DNA of 64,000 nucleotides from Prochlorococcus sp. AG-409-G20 (GTDB taxonomy: Bacteria > Cyanobacteriota > Cyanobacteriia > PCC-6307 > Cyanobiaceae), in contig QCJW01000008.1 in the NCBI GenBank assembly GCA_003215775.1, positions 2,833 to 66,832 of the forward strand, in the 5' to 3' direction. This document shows positions 38,830 to 49,438 of the stretch, in pieces; the stretch's first letter is position 1, and the number at the start of each line of letters is the position of its first letter. The notes below the pieces were generated by a model. It had not been told where the DNA came from. It was given only the letters and a program-made list of their open reading frames with translations, and searched no databases. The position numbers and the translations under genes are program-made.

Positions 38830-39240
38830 ATGCTGGCAAGGGACGCGGTTTTCCTAGAAGATCTCTGCCCAAAATCACGCGTAAGGCGATGGAGACAATC
38901 ACTTCATACTTTTACTGGGCAAAGCTGTATCTATTGCGGGAAACCTTCGGAATCAATCGATCATGTCCTACCAAGAAGTAGAGGAGGTATGAGTATTACA
39001 GAAAACTGTGTTCCTGCTTGTCTTGCATGTAATGGACATAAGTCAAATACAGACGCTTTTGATTGGTATAGACGTCAAAAATTTTACGACCCAAGAAGAG
39101 CAATGGCTTTAAGAGCCTGGACAGAGGGAGATTTACGCCTAGCCTTAAAACTTTTGGAATGGGCCAAACCTAATCAAATTGAACATCAAAAAAATTCCAA
39201 AAGAAAGATTGAGCAAGACTGGTCATTACAAGCTGCATAA
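38830..39240 (+). CDS. HNH endonuclease
   Basis: 136 aa. CIYCGKPSESIDHVLPRSRGGMSITENCVPACLACNGHKSN is an HNH motif with flanking Cys pairs. Confidence 0.85.
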   Translation: MLARDAVFLEDLCPKSRVRRWRQSLHTFTGQSCIYCGKPSESIDHVLPRSRGGMSITENCVPACLACNGHKSNTDAFDWYRRQKFYDPRRAMALRAWTEGDLRLALKLLEWAKPNQIEHQKNSKRKIEQDWSLQAA

Positions 39241-39246
39241 GCTTTA

Positions 39247-39480
39247 TCAAAACACTTGGCAAGCAACTGCTGGATTATGTCTTTCACAAATTGAGGCGAG
39301 TTCATTTGGCCTCTCTGGAGCAATAAAGGCTATACAGCTGAGCCCTATAACTCCTATAAAAAAGAACAGACTTAAAGAATTTTGGTGCTGATCAATCTTT
39401 GAAGACCTTTCTTCTGGCAACATGACTAAGGACAAATGACTTGTCGAGCGCAGACAAGAACTAGACATAACAGAAAACAT
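39247..39480 (-). CDS. Possible small membrane protein
   Basis: 77-aa ORF with one hydrophobic helix (LSLFFFIGVIGLSCIAFIA). No other support. Confidence 0.2.
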   Translation of the reverse strand: MFSVMSSSCLRSTSHLSLVMLPEERSSKIDQHQNSLSLFFFIGVIGLSCIAFIAPERPNELASICERHNPAVACQVF

Positions 39481-39500
39481 TCAATAATACATTTGTACTC

Positions 39501-40400
39501 ATGCTGCGAGCTCTTGTCAACCAATCAACTCCCCTCCCGTCAAAATCGAAGCTCTTAATACTTGGTGCTGGCTTTAGTGGTCAATACGTAGCAAAACTTG
39601 CCAGAGCATTAGGGACAGAAGTGATTTGCAGTAGACGAACAACCGACAAACAAGGGGCACATTTTGCTTTTGATAGCTCCACAAACAACATTCCTTCCAC
39701 GAAAGTGCTTTCAGGAGTAACTCATCTACTCAGTTGCATCCCTCCAGATCTCAACGGAAAAGATCCTGTCTTAATTGCTCTTGAAGAGCAATTAAGACAA
39801 TTGCCACTTAAATGGGCTGGATACCTTTCTACTACAGGGGTTTACGGTGATTGCAAAGGTAAATGGGCTTACGAAACTGACAATCCAAAACCAATTCAAG
39901 AAAGAAGTAAAAGACGACTGGCCTGTGAAATGGCGTGGCTACAGTCCGGGTTACCTATTCAAATCCTTAGACTGCCAGGCATATATGGTCCAGGACGTTC
40001 TGCAATAGAAAGCTTAAGAAAAGGACAAGCAAAAATGGTTCACAAACCAGGTCAAATATTTTCAAGAGTTCATGTTAATGATATTGCTGGTGCAATTTTT
40101 CATCTAATTCATTTAGCATCGCAAGGTATTCAACCTAAAGTCATCAATGTGGCAGATAACATTCCTTCAACAAATATAGAAGTCTTAAATTATGCAAGTA
40201 AATTACTAAAATGTTCTCCACCACCAATAGAACCCTTCGAAACAGCTTGTGCAACCATGAGTCCCATGGCTGTTTCGTTTTGGCAAGAAAATAGAAGAGT
40301 CAGCAATAAAATGCTTTGCAAGGAACTTGGATATAAGCTAATTCATCCAGACTATAAATCTGGTCTAAAAAACTGCCTAATGAACAATATATTAGATTAA
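39501..40400 (+). CDS. NAD(P)-binding epimerase/dehydratase-family (SDR) protein
   Basis: 299 aa. N-terminal Rossmann motif LLILGAGFSGQYVA. Confidence 0.7.
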   Translation: MLRALVNQSTPLPSKSKLLILGAGFSGQYVAKLARALGTEVICSRRTTDKQGAHFAFDSSTNNIPSTKVLSGVTHLLSCIPPDLNGKDPVLIALEEQLRQLPLKWAGYLSTTGVYGDCKGKWAYETDNPKPIQERSKRRLACEMAWLQSGLPIQILRLPGIYGPGRSAIESLRKGQAKMVHKPGQIFSRVHVNDIAGAIFHLIHLASQGIQPKVINVADNIPSTNIEVLNYASKLLKCSPPPIEPFETACATMSPMAVSFWQENRRVSNKMLCKELGYKLIHPDYKSGLKNCLMNNILD

Positions 40401-40401
40401 A

Positions 40402-41430
40402 TTGTATACTAAAAATCTAAATTTGAATAATAAAGTTCTAATCACATTAGGAGACCCTGCAGGAATTGGCATAGAAGTTATTTTAAAAGCAATTAGCGAT
40501 AAAAATTTACCCAGAACATTAGAACCCATACTTATAGGATGCAGGAAGAGCATCGAAATAACCTATGCAAATCTTAAAGAAAAAGGTGTAAATGATTTAC
40601 TTAATCTCAACCAAGTGAAAATCAAAGATATTCCTTATAACTATCAATTAATCCCTGGAAAACCAAATTCAAAAACAGGGGAGGCAAGCTTTAAATGGTT
40701 AACAATAGCAGTTCAAGAGTTGCTAAAAGGTAATGGCAGTGCTTTGGTAACAGGACCAATTTCCAAAGCAACTTGGCATGATGCAGGCTATCAATATCCA
40801 GGCCAAACTGAACGACTCGCAGAGCTAGCCGGAGTCAAGCAAGCAGACATGTTATTTACAGCAAAATCTCCACACACTGGATGGTCATTTAATACATTGC
40901 TTGCAACTACACATATTCCTCTAAAAGAAATTCCAAAAATATTAACACCAAGCATTGTTAACGCAAAATTGAATGCCCTATTAAACTTTTGCACGAAATA
41001 TAAGTCAGACCCAAGACTTATTGTTCCAGGGCTCAATCCTCACGCTGGCGAAGAAGGAAAGATTGGCGATGAAGAAATTAACTGGTTAATTCCTATGATG
41101 AACGAATGGAAAAAACAACATCCAAATGTCACACTTGACGGGCCAATTTCACCTGATACTTGCTGGATTGAAGCTGCTAATGCTTGGAAAATTAGTAAAA
41201 CAAATGCGCCAGATGGATTTTTAGCTTTATATCACGATCAAGGACTTATTCCAGTAAAATTAATTGCATTTAATGAGGCAGTAAATACAACTTTAGGTCT
41301 TCCTTTTATAAGAACATCTCCAGATCATGGCACTGGCTTTGATATTGCAGGGAAAGGATTTGCAAATCCCCAAAGCATGATTGCGTCCATCAAAACTGCA
41401 TGGGAATTATCAAAGACTATGACGGTTTAA
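40402..41430 (+). CDS. pdxA: 4-hydroxythreonine-4-phosphate dehydrogenase
   Basis: 342 aa. ITLGDPAGIG, NPHAGEEG and RTSPDHGTGFDIAGKG motifs. Non-ATG (TTG) start. Confidence 0.9.
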   Translation: MYTKNLNLNNKVLITLGDPAGIGIEVILKAISDKNLPRTLEPILIGCRKSIEITYANLKEKGVNDLLNLNQVKIKDIPYNYQLIPGKPNSKTGEASFKWLTIAVQELLKGNGSALVTGPISKATWHDAGYQYPGQTERLAELAGVKQADMLFTAKSPHTGWSFNTLLATTHIPLKEIPKILTPSIVNAKLNALLNFCTKYKSDPRLIVPGLNPHAGEEGKIGDEEINWLIPMMNEWKKQHPNVTLDGPISPDTCWIEAANAWKISKTNAPDGFLALYHDQGLIPVKLIAFNEAVNTTLGLPFIRTSPDHGTGFDIAGKGFANPQSMIASIKTAWELSKTMTV

Positions 41431-41908
41431 CTCTCATCAAGACCTGACCAAATTCAACCGGAGTTCCATTTTCAACAATAATTTCAATTATTTCACCACT
41501 AACTTCAGACTCTAATTCATTCATTAGTTTCATAGCTTCAAGAATGCAAACTGTTTGGCCAACCCCTATTCGACTACCAACCTCAACAAATGATGGCTCT
41601 CCAGGCGCAGGAGCCCTATAGAAAGTTCCAACCATAGGAGCAGTTATGTCAACCAGATCAGCTCTAGCAGCAGGAACCGCAGGGGGTGGATTGCTTGGAG
41701 TTGGTGGCTCAACTTTTAATGCAGGAACTGCAAGAGAAGCCTCCTCTAGCTTTTCCTGAGACAAAACAGTAGAGCTGATTGAAGGCGGCATATTTCGCTT
41801 GACCTCAAGACGAAAGTCTTCGCCTTCTAGACGAAATTCCTGAATATCACTGTCAGCTAATACAGCCAACAATTTATGTAGCTCTTGGTGATCTAGCTGC
41901 ATTGACAT
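41417..41908 (-). CDS. accB: Biotin carboxyl carrier protein of acetyl-CoA carboxylase
   Basis: 163 aa. Pro/Ala linker and the biotinylation motif ILEAMKLMNE. The start overlaps the efp stop (TAATG). Confidence 0.92.
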   Translation of the reverse strand: MSMQLDHQELHKLLAVLADSDIQEFRLEGEDFRLEVKRNMPPSISSTVLSQEKLEEASLAVPALKVEPPTPSNPPPAVPAARADLVDITAPMVGTFYRAPAPGEPSFVEVGSRIGVGQTVCILEAMKLMNELESEVSGEIIEIIVENGTPVEFGQVLMRVKPS

Positions 41909-42468
41909 TAGTTCTCCCGTCCAAGGTAGCTGTCATTTCGTGTATCTACTTTGATCTTCTCACCTACAGAAATAAACAACGGAACCATCACTTGCGCTCC
42001 AGTTTCCAGAGTTGCCGGTTTTGTACCTCCAGTAGCAGTATCCCCCTTAACCCCTGGATCAGTTTCCTGAACTTCTAGCACAACAGAGTTAGGGAGTTCT
42101 ACTTCTAAAGGTTTACCATTCCAAGAGACTACATTGACTTCCATACCTTCCTTTAGATATTTCCTACTTAAACCTATCTGATCTGCTGTAAGCCTAGTCT
42201 CCTCATAACTGGACATATCCATAAATACATAATCGCTAGATTCCATGTATGTGTGCTGAAGTGTTGATTTTTCCAGGATTGCCTGAGGCAACATTTCACC
42301 AGCCCGAAAAGTTTTTTCAACTACATTGCCAGTTTGTACAGACTTCAATTTGGTCCTGACAAACGCAGAGCCCTTCCCAGGCTTAACATGCAAGAACTCA
42401 ACTACACGCCAAACAGCACCGTCAAGCTCAATTGTTGTACCTGTACGAAAATCGTTACTAGAGATCAT
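41908..42468 (-). CDS. efp: Elongation factor P
   Basis: [17 protein letters not shown]... and [16 protein letters not shown] prefer the ATG at 42468 to the TTG at 42486. Confidence 0.95.
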   Translation of the reverse strand: MISSNDFRTGTTIELDGAVWRVVEFLHVKPGKGSAFVRTKLKSVQTGNVVEKTFRAGEMLPQAILEKSTLQHTYMESSDYVFMDMSSYEETRLTADQIGLSRKYLKEGMEVNVVSWNGKPLEVELPNSVVLEVQETDPGVKGDTATGGTKPATLETGAQVMVPLFISVGEKIKVDTRNDSYLGREN

Positions 42469-42531
42469 CCCAGCGACACGAATCAAGCGATCATAAGGCT
42501 GTGCGAAAGTTTATTCATCTTTAAATCTCTA

Positions 42532-43608
42532 ATGGTCAATCAAAGCCGGTTTTTAGCCCTTTTGTCCCTTGTCACCGCAATGGGTCTGATATGGACTAGC
42601 CCTACATTTGCTGCATTGCCTACAGGAAACGCAATAAAAGACCCCTATACAATTCTGAGGAATGCTTTACCCATTGAACAAAAAGATCTTCGTGACCTAC
42701 AACACAAGCTTGAAGACACAAGCGAACTAGTACGAGGAAGTAGATGGCAATCAATCACACAGGCAACCTCTTCAAGTCAATTTCTCCTTAATAGAAAAAA
42801 AAATCAAATATTAAATGAAATTCCAAAAGAACGAAAAGAAAAAGGAGAGCAAATTCTTACCTCATTGAAACAAAATCTTGAGAATCTGAACGAATTAGCT
42901 AATGACAAAAATAAATCAAGCTTCATTACTAAACGCAGAGAAATACTTGCCAGCATAGGCAACCTAGAAGCTCTTTTACTTAAAGAAGAATTCCCATACC
43001 ATATCCCAAAAGAATATGATCAACTGCCTAGATTACTTGGCAGAGCAGATGTATCAATAGAAACATCTAAAGGAGTTATGACTGCTGTAATTGATGGATA
43101 TAATGCTCCACTAACGGCAGGTGCATTTATTGACTTAGCATTAAAAGGGTTTTACGACGGACTTCCATTTGCAAGAGCGGAAGATTTTTATGTACTTCAA
43201 ACCGGAGATCCTGAAGGTCCAGAAATTGGATATATCGATCCAGAAACTAATCAAGAAAGAAATGTTCCCTTAGAAATTAGAGTACCTGGAAAAGAAGAAA
43301 CCCTGTACAATCAAACATTCGAAGAAGTTGGTTTATTTACTGAAACACCAGTACTTCCATTTGGAACTCTGGGAACTCTTGGCTGGGCTCATTCAAATGA
43401 TGCACTTAATGACGGCTCATCTCAATTTTTCTTCTTTTTATATGAAGCCGAACTAAATCCTGCAGGCAGAAACCTCATAGATGGACGAAATTCAGCATTT
43501 GGTTATGTAGTAGAAGGAACAGAGATTCTTAACAAGCTAGATATTAATGACAGGATTAAATCTATTAAAGTTTTAAATGGAAAGGAAAAGCTAATGCAAA
43601 AGGGATAA
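42532..43608 (+). CDS. Cyclophilin-type peptidyl-prolyl isomerase with an N-terminal helical domain and signal peptide (TLP40-like)
   Basis: Signal peptide MVNQSRFLALLSLVTAMGLIWTSPTFA and a C-terminal cyclophilin fold (GYNAPLTAGAFIDL..., SQFFFFL). The ORF-track start at 42334 would run antisense into efp. Confidence 0.85.
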   Translation: MVNQSRFLALLSLVTAMGLIWTSPTFAALPTGNAIKDPYTILRNALPIEQKDLRDLQHKLEDTSELVRGSRWQSITQATSSSQFLLNRKKNQILNEIPKERKEKGEQILTSLKQNLENLNELANDKNKSSFITKRREILASIGNLEALLLKEEFPYHIPKEYDQLPRLLGRADVSIETSKGVMTAVIDGYNAPLTAGAFIDLALKGFYDGLPFARAEDFYVLQTGDPEGPEIGYIDPETNQERNVPLEIRVPGKEETLYNQTFEEVGLFTETPVLPFGTLGTLGWAHSNDALNDGSSQFFFFLYEAELNPAGRNLIDGRNSAFGYVVEGTEILNKLDINDRIKSIKVLNGKEKLMQKG

Positions 43609-43617
43609 TGAATAAAT

Positions 43618-44604
43618 ATGCATGAAACATTAGATTCTATAGGAGAAAAGGAACTTCTCAATCGCCTTAAAATATTTATGCCAATTGGGCAAATAGATAA
43701 CGATACAGCCGAAATAGCTACTTGTGGAAGAAATATAGTTATCAATACTGACGTTTTAGTTGACGGTGTACATTTTAGTGAGATGACAACTTCAGCAGAG
43801 GATATAGGCTGGAAGGCAATATCAACAAATTACTCAGATCTAGCGTCTAGTGGTGTTAGTGAAATCATAGGAGTGACTGTGGGTTTAGTTGCACCACCCG
43901 AAACAACTTGGAATTGGGTCCAAGGAGTTTATATGGGAATGAAAGAAGCATTAAATACTTTTGGAGGTGAACTACTAGGTGGAGATTGTTCTAAAGGAAC
44001 TCAAAAACTATTATCAATCACAGCAATTGGTAGATCTGGAATATTGAAACTTCATAGGGCTAATGCAAATCCTGGTGATTATATTGTTGTCAGTGGAGCA
44101 CATGGGCTAAGTAAGTTAGGATTAGCATTATTACAAGCACAGCCTAAATTAAAGACTTGTGAGTTACCTGAAAGGCTTAAATTCAAAGCAATTCAAGCTC
44201 ATAAAAGACCCAATCCACCCCTTAATGCATTAAGAGAACTGGAAAGATCTAGACCAAATAATATCAAATATACTGCTGCTTGTACTGATAGCAGTGACGG
44301 ACTTTTAGAAGCAATATATTCGATATGCACAACCAGTCAATGCCAAGCAATTTTAAATAAGGAAAAACTGCCTAGATGTATAGACTGGCCATCAGGAAGA
44401 GATTGGGATGATTGGTGTCTAAATGGTGGAGAAGATTATGAATTGGTTTTAAGTCTTCCAAAACTGTGGGCATTATCATTCACTAAAAACTTCCAATCGA
44501 GTGCAATAATAGGGAAAATTAAATCTGGAAAACCAAAAATTATTTGGGATAACGGAGAAATAATTGACTATGAAACCTATAATTCAGATTTTAAACACTT
44601 CTAA
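43618..44604 (+). CDS. thiL: Thiamine-monophosphate kinase
   Basis: 328 aa. AIR-synthase-like fold (DVLVDGVHF, GGDCS, GEDYELV). Confidence 0.85.
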   Translation: MHETLDSIGEKELLNRLKIFMPIGQIDNDTAEIATCGRNIVINTDVLVDGVHFSEMTTSAEDIGWKAISTNYSDLASSGVSEIIGVTVGLVAPPETTWNWVQGVYMGMKEALNTFGGELLGGDCSKGTQKLLSITAIGRSGILKLHRANANPGDYIVVSGAHGLSKLGLALLQAQPKLKTCELPERLKFKAIQAHKRPNPPLNALRELERSRPNNIKYTAACTDSSDGLLEAIYSICTTSQCQAILNKEKLPRCIDWPSGRDWDDWCLNGGEDYELVLSLPKLWALSFTKNFQSSAIIGKIKSGKPKIIWDNGEIIDYETYNSDFKHF

Positions 44605-44614
44605 AATTAAAATA

Positions 44615-45637
44615 TTATTTCCATCTTTGAGAAACAATCTCTGCCAAATCAACTACTCTTTGACTATATCCCCATTCATTATCATACCAAGCTAAAACTT
44701 TAACCATATTATCTCCTATTGCCATTGTAAGTGCTTCATCAACTATCGTTGATTCATTGGTTCCTGCATAATCTGTAGAAACTAACGGTAAATCACCATA
44801 TTTAATAATACCTTTCATAGCTCCTGTTGATGCTGATTTCAAAGCTGCATTAACTTGCTCAGCAGTTACTGAACAATTTGCCTCAAAAACTAAATCAACA
44901 GCTGATACATTTGGAGTTGGAACGCGCATTGCAATTCCAGTTAACTTACCTTTCATTTGAGGATATACTAAAGCAACTGCCTTTGCTGCACCTGTCGAGG
45001 TGGGAACAATATTCATAGCGGCAGCGCGTGCTCTTCTAAGATCTCGGTGACTATTATCCAGTATCCTTTGATCCCCAGTATAACTATGAATTGTAGTCAT
45101 TAATCCTTTATTAATACCAAAAGTTTGATCCAAAACTTTAACAATTGGCGCAAGGCAATTAGTTGTGCAGCTTGCATTACTCAAAATCTGATAATCATCA
45201 TGTCTATATTGATCAGCATTTACACCTACAACATAAGTTCCAACACCATCACCCTTGCCAGGAGCAGTCAAAATAACTTTCTTAGCACCTGCTTCAATAT
45301 GCTTACTAGCACCTACATCAGTATTAAAAACACCAGTTGACTCAATCACTAAATCAATTCCCCATTCTTTCCAAGGAAGATTTAAAGGATTACGATCTGA
45401 AAAGCACTTTATAGCCTTACCATTGATAATAAAAGTATCATCGGTATGAGAAATTTCAGCATCTTTGATTTGACCCAAGATTGAATCATATTTCAATAAA
45501 TGAGCACAAGTCTTAGGGTCTGACGTGACGTTGATTCCAACGACTTCAATTCCTGTGTTTGCACCCCTGCTCAGCCAGCAGCGCATGAAATTCCTACCTA
45601 TCCTTCCAAAACCATTAATCGCAACACGCAAAGTCAT
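44615..45637 (-). CDS. gap2: Glyceraldehyde-3-phosphate dehydrogenase (Calvin-cycle Gap2 type)
   Basis: 340 aa. [17 protein letters not shown] and [12 protein letters not shown] motifs. Confidence 0.95.
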   Translation of the reverse strand: MTLRVAINGFGRIGRNFMRCWLSRGANTGIEVVGINVTSDPKTCAHLLKYDSILGQIKDAEISHTDDTFIINGKAIKCFSDRNPLNLPWKEWGIDLVIESTGVFNTDVGASKHIEAGAKKVILTAPGKGDGVGTYVVGVNADQYRHDDYQILSNASCTTNCLAPIVKVLDQTFGINKGLMTTIHSYTGDQRILDNSHRDLRRARAAAMNIVPTSTGAAKAVALVYPQMKGKLTGIAMRVPTPNVSAVDLVFEANCSVTAEQVNAALKSASTGAMKGIIKYGDLPLVSTDYAGTNESTIVDEALTMAIGDNMVKVLAWYDNEWGYSQRVVDLAEIVSQRWK

Positions 45638-45777
45638 ATCAAAAGCGGCAAGGGCCGAAAGGTCATTGGCCGCTGATCATACAGTCATGCGTTGACATTC
45701 CCCCAGCGAAGCCTTTTGAAATCGAAAAAAAGTCAATTCTTCTCCAAGATCAAATAACGAAGAAAGAGCCCAAACCA

Positions 45778-47286
45778 TTGAAAAAATTAGCCTTTCGTAG
45801 CAGAAGGGCTTATCTTTCAATTCTCGAGCTCGATCATTTGAAGAGCCCAATCGAAAGTCATGGATCTATCCACTTCATTGGAGTTGGAGGGATTGGCATG
45901 TCAGCTTTAGCAATGATTCTGGCCAGTAAAGGTCTCAAAATCTCAGGTTCCGACAAAAAAAGAAATTCACCAATCGTTAAAAAATTAATTGAAAATGGTG
46001 TCAAAATTTTTAAAGAACAAAAGGCTACGAACATCTCCGAAATAACCCAGGAGAAAGAGTCAAAGCCTCTGATTGTTACAAGCAGTGCAATTCAGGACAG
46101 CAACCTAGAGCTAGCCGCCGCTCAGGCTGCTCAATTAGAAATCTGCCATAGATCAGACCTTTTAGCCGCTTTAGTCAATCAACAGCCTTCTATCGCCATT
46201 GCAGGAACCCACGGCAAAACCACCACAAGCACAATCTTGGCCACCCTAATGGCCATAGCTAATCAAGATCCAACAGCTGTAGTAGGAGGAATCATTCCTT
46301 ATTACAAAAGCAATTTCAATGTTGGCAAAGGAAAATTTCTTATTGCTGAAGCAGATGAATCAGATGGAACATTAGTAAAGCTCAATGCAAATATTGGTCT
46401 AATAACGAATTTAGAACTTGAGCATGTTGACCACTATTCTAACCTGCAAGAATTGATCAAAACAGTAAAATCTTTTCAAACAGGTTGTAAAAATTTTATT
46501 GCAAATTACGATTGCACAAATATTAGAGAAAATATAGAAGCTGATAGCTGGTTTTCAATTAACGAATATAAAGGAGTTGATTTTGCCGCTATACCAAATC
46601 ACATCGATGGAAATAAAACAATAGCAACCATATATGAAAATGAAAAAATAATCAAAAAAGTGACGATTCCATTATCAGGCTATCATAACCTAAGCAACAC
46701 AATTGCAGCAATTAGTATATGTCGATTAGCAAATATATCTTACAAAGATATATTCAAAGCCATTCCTTCTATAATGCCTCCAAGCAGAAGGTTTCAATAT
46801 CGTGGCAACTGGAACCAAAGACTGATTTTTGACGACTACGCCCATCATCCCAGTGAGATCAAGGCCTCTATTGAACTTGCACGTCTTATATTAAAAAGTG
46901 GTAACACAAAATTGCCTATCAAACCTGCACGTATTCTTGTTATATTCCAACCACATCGTTATAGTCGAACGAAAATTTTTCTTGAAGAATTTGCTTACAC
47001 ACTAAGCAAAGCTGATGAAATCATACTTGCTCCTATTTATAGTGCAGGTGAACAGAATATCTATAATATTAATAGCTACGAAATCTCTAAAAAGATATTA
47101 ACTATCCAACATAATAGCCTAGTCTCTGTCGCAGAAAATAAAATAGAGTTAATGAGTTTAATTAAAGAAAAAAGCAAGCCAAAAGATCTTCTAATAGCAA
47201 TGGGTGCAGGAGATATAAATGATATTTGGGAAAGCTTAAACAACCAATACAGTCAAGATTCATTGAAATCCAACGTTCCCGCCTAA
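45778..47286 (+). CDS. murC: UDP-N-acetylmuramate--L-alanine ligase
   Basis: 502 aa. HFIGVGGIGMSALA, GTHGKTTT and DDYAHHP motifs. TTG start. Confidence 0.92.
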   Translation: MKKLAFRSRRAYLSILELDHLKSPIESHGSIHFIGVGGIGMSALAMILASKGLKISGSDKKRNSPIVKKLIENGVKIFKEQKATNISEITQEKESKPLIVTSSAIQDSNLELAAAQAAQLEICHRSDLLAALVNQQPSIAIAGTHGKTTTSTILATLMAIANQDPTAVVGGIIPYYKSNFNVGKGKFLIAEADESDGTLVKLNANIGLITNLELEHVDHYSNLQELIKTVKSFQTGCKNFIANYDCTNIRENIEADSWFSINEYKGVDFAAIPNHIDGNKTIATIYENEKIIKKVTIPLSGYHNLSNTIAAISICRLANISYKDIFKAIPSIMPPSRRFQYRGNWNQRLIFDDYAHHPSEIKASIELARLILKSGNTKLPIKPARILVIFQPHRYSRTKIFLEEFAYTLSKADEIILAPIYSAGEQNIYNINSYEISKKILTIQHNSLVSVAENKIELMSLIKEKSKPKDLLIAMGAGDINDIWESLNNQYSQDSLKSNVPA

Positions 47287-47296
47287 ATCTAAGAAG

Positions 47297-48172
47297 GTGA
47301 TCACAATCAATCCCAACGTACCTCTTATAAATTTCAATACCTTGAGAGTAGGTGGTGTAGCTAGATGGTTAGCTGAACCAACAAATATAAATGATCTCAA
47401 AGAATTAATTAGTTGGGCAAACGCAAAGAATATTTCTTATCAAATAATAGGGGCTGGCTCAAATGTTCTAATTAATGATAATGGCCTATATGGCTTAACA
47501 ATTTGCATGAGAAAGTTTCATGGTACTGAAATAAATGTAAAAACGGGTTTAATTAAAGTTTCAGCAGGCGAAGCAATCCCAAATCTAGCCAAGCGTGTAG
47601 CAAAAGCAGGCATTCATGGACTTGAATGGGCGGTTGGAATCCCTGGAACAGTAGGTGGAGCTGTCGTAATGAATGCTGGTGCTCAAGGAGGTTGTATAGC
47701 AGATTGGCTAAACTCAGCAACCGTTATCAATAAAAAAGGAGAAATTTATGAAATAGATAATAAACAACTTAAATTTGACTACCGACATAGCAGCCTACAA
47801 AACACCGAATATATTGTTTTGTCTGCAAAATTCTTATTAAAGCCATCTCAAAACCCTATGATGATAAGCAAACAAACAAATCAAAACCTAAAAAGTAGAA
47901 TTACTACTCAACCATATACATTCCCAAGCTGTGGAAGTGTTTTTAGGAACCCTGAGCCCTTCAAAGCGGCCAAATTAATTGAAGAATTAGGCCTAAAAGG
48001 CAAACGCATCGGAGGGGCTGAAATCTCAAGACTTCATGCAAACTTCATTGTCAATAGAGGGAATGCAAAGGCGTCTGACGTTAAGCAACTAATTGAATTT
48101 ATTCAAAAGAAAGTTCTTGAAAAGCATAATTTATTACTCATTCCAGAGGTAAAGGAACTAGGTTTTCTCTAA
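47297..48172 (+). CDS. murB: UDP-N-acetylenolpyruvoylglucosamine reductase
   Basis: 291 aa. FAD-binding domain (GAGSNVLI, GIPGTVGGAVVMNAGA) and C-terminal SCGSVFRNP. GTG start. Confidence 0.9.
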   Translation: MITINPNVPLINFNTLRVGGVARWLAEPTNINDLKELISWANAKNISYQIIGAGSNVLINDNGLYGLTICMRKFHGTEINVKTGLIKVSAGEAIPNLAKRVAKAGIHGLEWAVGIPGTVGGAVVMNAGAQGGCIADWLNSATVINKKGEIYEIDNKQLKFDYRHSSLQNTEYIVLSAKFLLKPSQNPMMISKQTNQNLKSRITTQPYTFPSCGSVFRNPEPFKAAKLIEELGLKGKRIGGAEISRLHANFIVNRGNAKASDVKQLIEFIQKKVLEKHNLLLIPEVKELGFL

Positions 48173-48204
48173 AGGATTAACATTCAACCTTAATCAAAAG
48201 TCAA

Positions 48205-48552
48205 ATGGCTGCATTCGGACTTCCTAATTTCGGACAACTTACAGAGGCTTTTCGAAAAGCTCAACAAATCCAACAAGACGCTCAGAAGCTACAAGATGAA
48301 TTAAACAATATGGAAATCCAGGGGAATAGCGCTGATGGACGTGCAAGTGTATGGCTGTCAGGAAATCAAGAACCTCTTAAAGTGAGCCTTGATGAATCTC
48401 TTCTTCAGGAAAGCAAAGAAATAATTGAGCAAGCCACCCTTGATGCTCTTAGCAAGGCATATGAAATGTCCACACAAAATATGAAATCACGAATGGAAGA
48501 ATTAACTGGTGGACTTAACTTGAACTTACCTGGTAATGATTTCACCGATTAA
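48205..48552 (+). CDS. ybaB: YbaB/EbfC-family nucleoid-associated protein
   Basis: 115 aa. The pattern [14 protein letters not shown]...G.SADG...V..SGNQEP..V.L.. is typical of the family. Confidence 0.85.
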   Translation: MAAFGLPNFGQLTEAFRKAQQIQQDAQKLQDELNNMEIQGNSADGRASVWLSGNQEPLKVSLDESLLQESKEIIEQATLDALSKAYEMSTQNMKSRMEELTGGLNLNLPGNDFTD

Positions 48553-49438
48553 TCATAGTCTGAACATATTGACGATAATAAGAATATCTCTCCCAATCTT
48601 TGTCAACACAACAACCTGGCTCATCTAAGTGTAAACAATTTCGAAATTTACAGGGAAATGGATCTAATTGAAATTTAATCTCTGGGAAACAAAAAGCTAT
48701 TTGTTGGGGATTAATATCTAACTCAGGTCGATTAAAACCTGGAGTATCAGCGATTAATTTTCCATTACCTAATGAATATAGTTGAATATGTCTAGTCGTA
48801 TGCCTCCCTCTATTTAATTTTTTAGATAAAGAAGAGATTCGAATATTTTCTGAAGGCATCAAATACTTTAACAAACTACTCTTACCAACTCCAGAAGGTC
48901 CACAAAGTACTGACAAAGTAGATTTATTTAATCTAGACAAGAACATATCAATTCCTTGGCCATTCTCTATAGAAATTGAAATTGGGCTATATCCCCAATT
49001 AGCCAATCTTTTCTCCTGATTTCGAAGATCCTCATCGGATATTAAATCACTTTTAGTTAATACCAGTGAAACGTTAACACCTACATTTTCTGAAGCTAAT
49101 AAAAACCGGTTTACTTGATCAACATCAAAAGTTGGGCTATGTAGAGACACAAGAACGTATATATCAGTGACATTTGCAACTTCTGGTCTAATTAAATAGT
49201 TTTGCCGACTCTCTAAATCACTAATAGTAGCTTTAGCGTGATTCCAATCTATTTCTTCAACTAAAACTTTATCTCCAACGCAAACATTCAAACCTTGATG
49301 ATTTAGACGATTACGGCATTGACATAAAAAACGATTAATAGATTTTTCCTTAAACTGATTAATATCTAACTCTACTTCATAAAAATTTGCTTTAATTGCA
49401 ACAACAATACCTTTTAAAGCAAAAAATTTATTTGCCAA
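48542..49438 (-). CDS. rsgA: Ribosome small-subunit-dependent GTPase A
   Basis: 298 aa. Circularly permuted GTPase ([16 protein letters not shown]) and a C-terminal Cys cluster [14 protein letters not shown]. Confidence 0.88.
   Translation of the reverse strand: MANKFFALKGIVVAIKANFYEVELDINQFKEKSINRFLCQCRNRLNHQGLNVCVGDKVLVEEIDWNHAKATISDLESRQNYLIRPEVANVTDIYVLVSLHSPTFDVDQVNRFLLASENVGVNVSLVLTKSDLISDEDLRNQEKRLANWGYSPISISIENGQGIDMFLSRLNKSTLSVLCGPSGVGKSSLLKYLMPSENIRISSLSKKLNRGRHTTRHIQLYSLGNGKLIADTPGFNRPELDINPQQIAFCFPEIKFQLDPFPCKFRNCLHLDEPGCCVDKDWERYSYYRQYVQTMINR

Noticed and set aside
37072-39240. SNF2 plus HNH read as a phage-defence system (Zorya- or DISARM-like)
   Set aside because: No ZorAB-like membrane components, methyltransferase, DUF1998 or other partner genes are adjacent. 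The flanks are housekeeping genes (SDR, pdxA, accB, efp), and as far as I recall the locus sits in the conserved origin-proximal core. I kept it as a repair-module hypothesis instead.
42334-42531. N-terminal 66-codon extension of the cyclophilin ORF
   Set aside because: The extension runs antisense through the efp coding region. The internal ATG at 42532 is followed by a classical signal peptide, so the shorter gene is preferred.
45640-45680. GC-rich hairpin (AGCGGC...GCCGCT) immediately upstream of gap2, considered as a riboswitch or thermometer
   Set aside because: Only a 6-bp perfect stem with a poorly paired interior. It has no recognisable riboswitch consensus and is too weak to call without conservation data.
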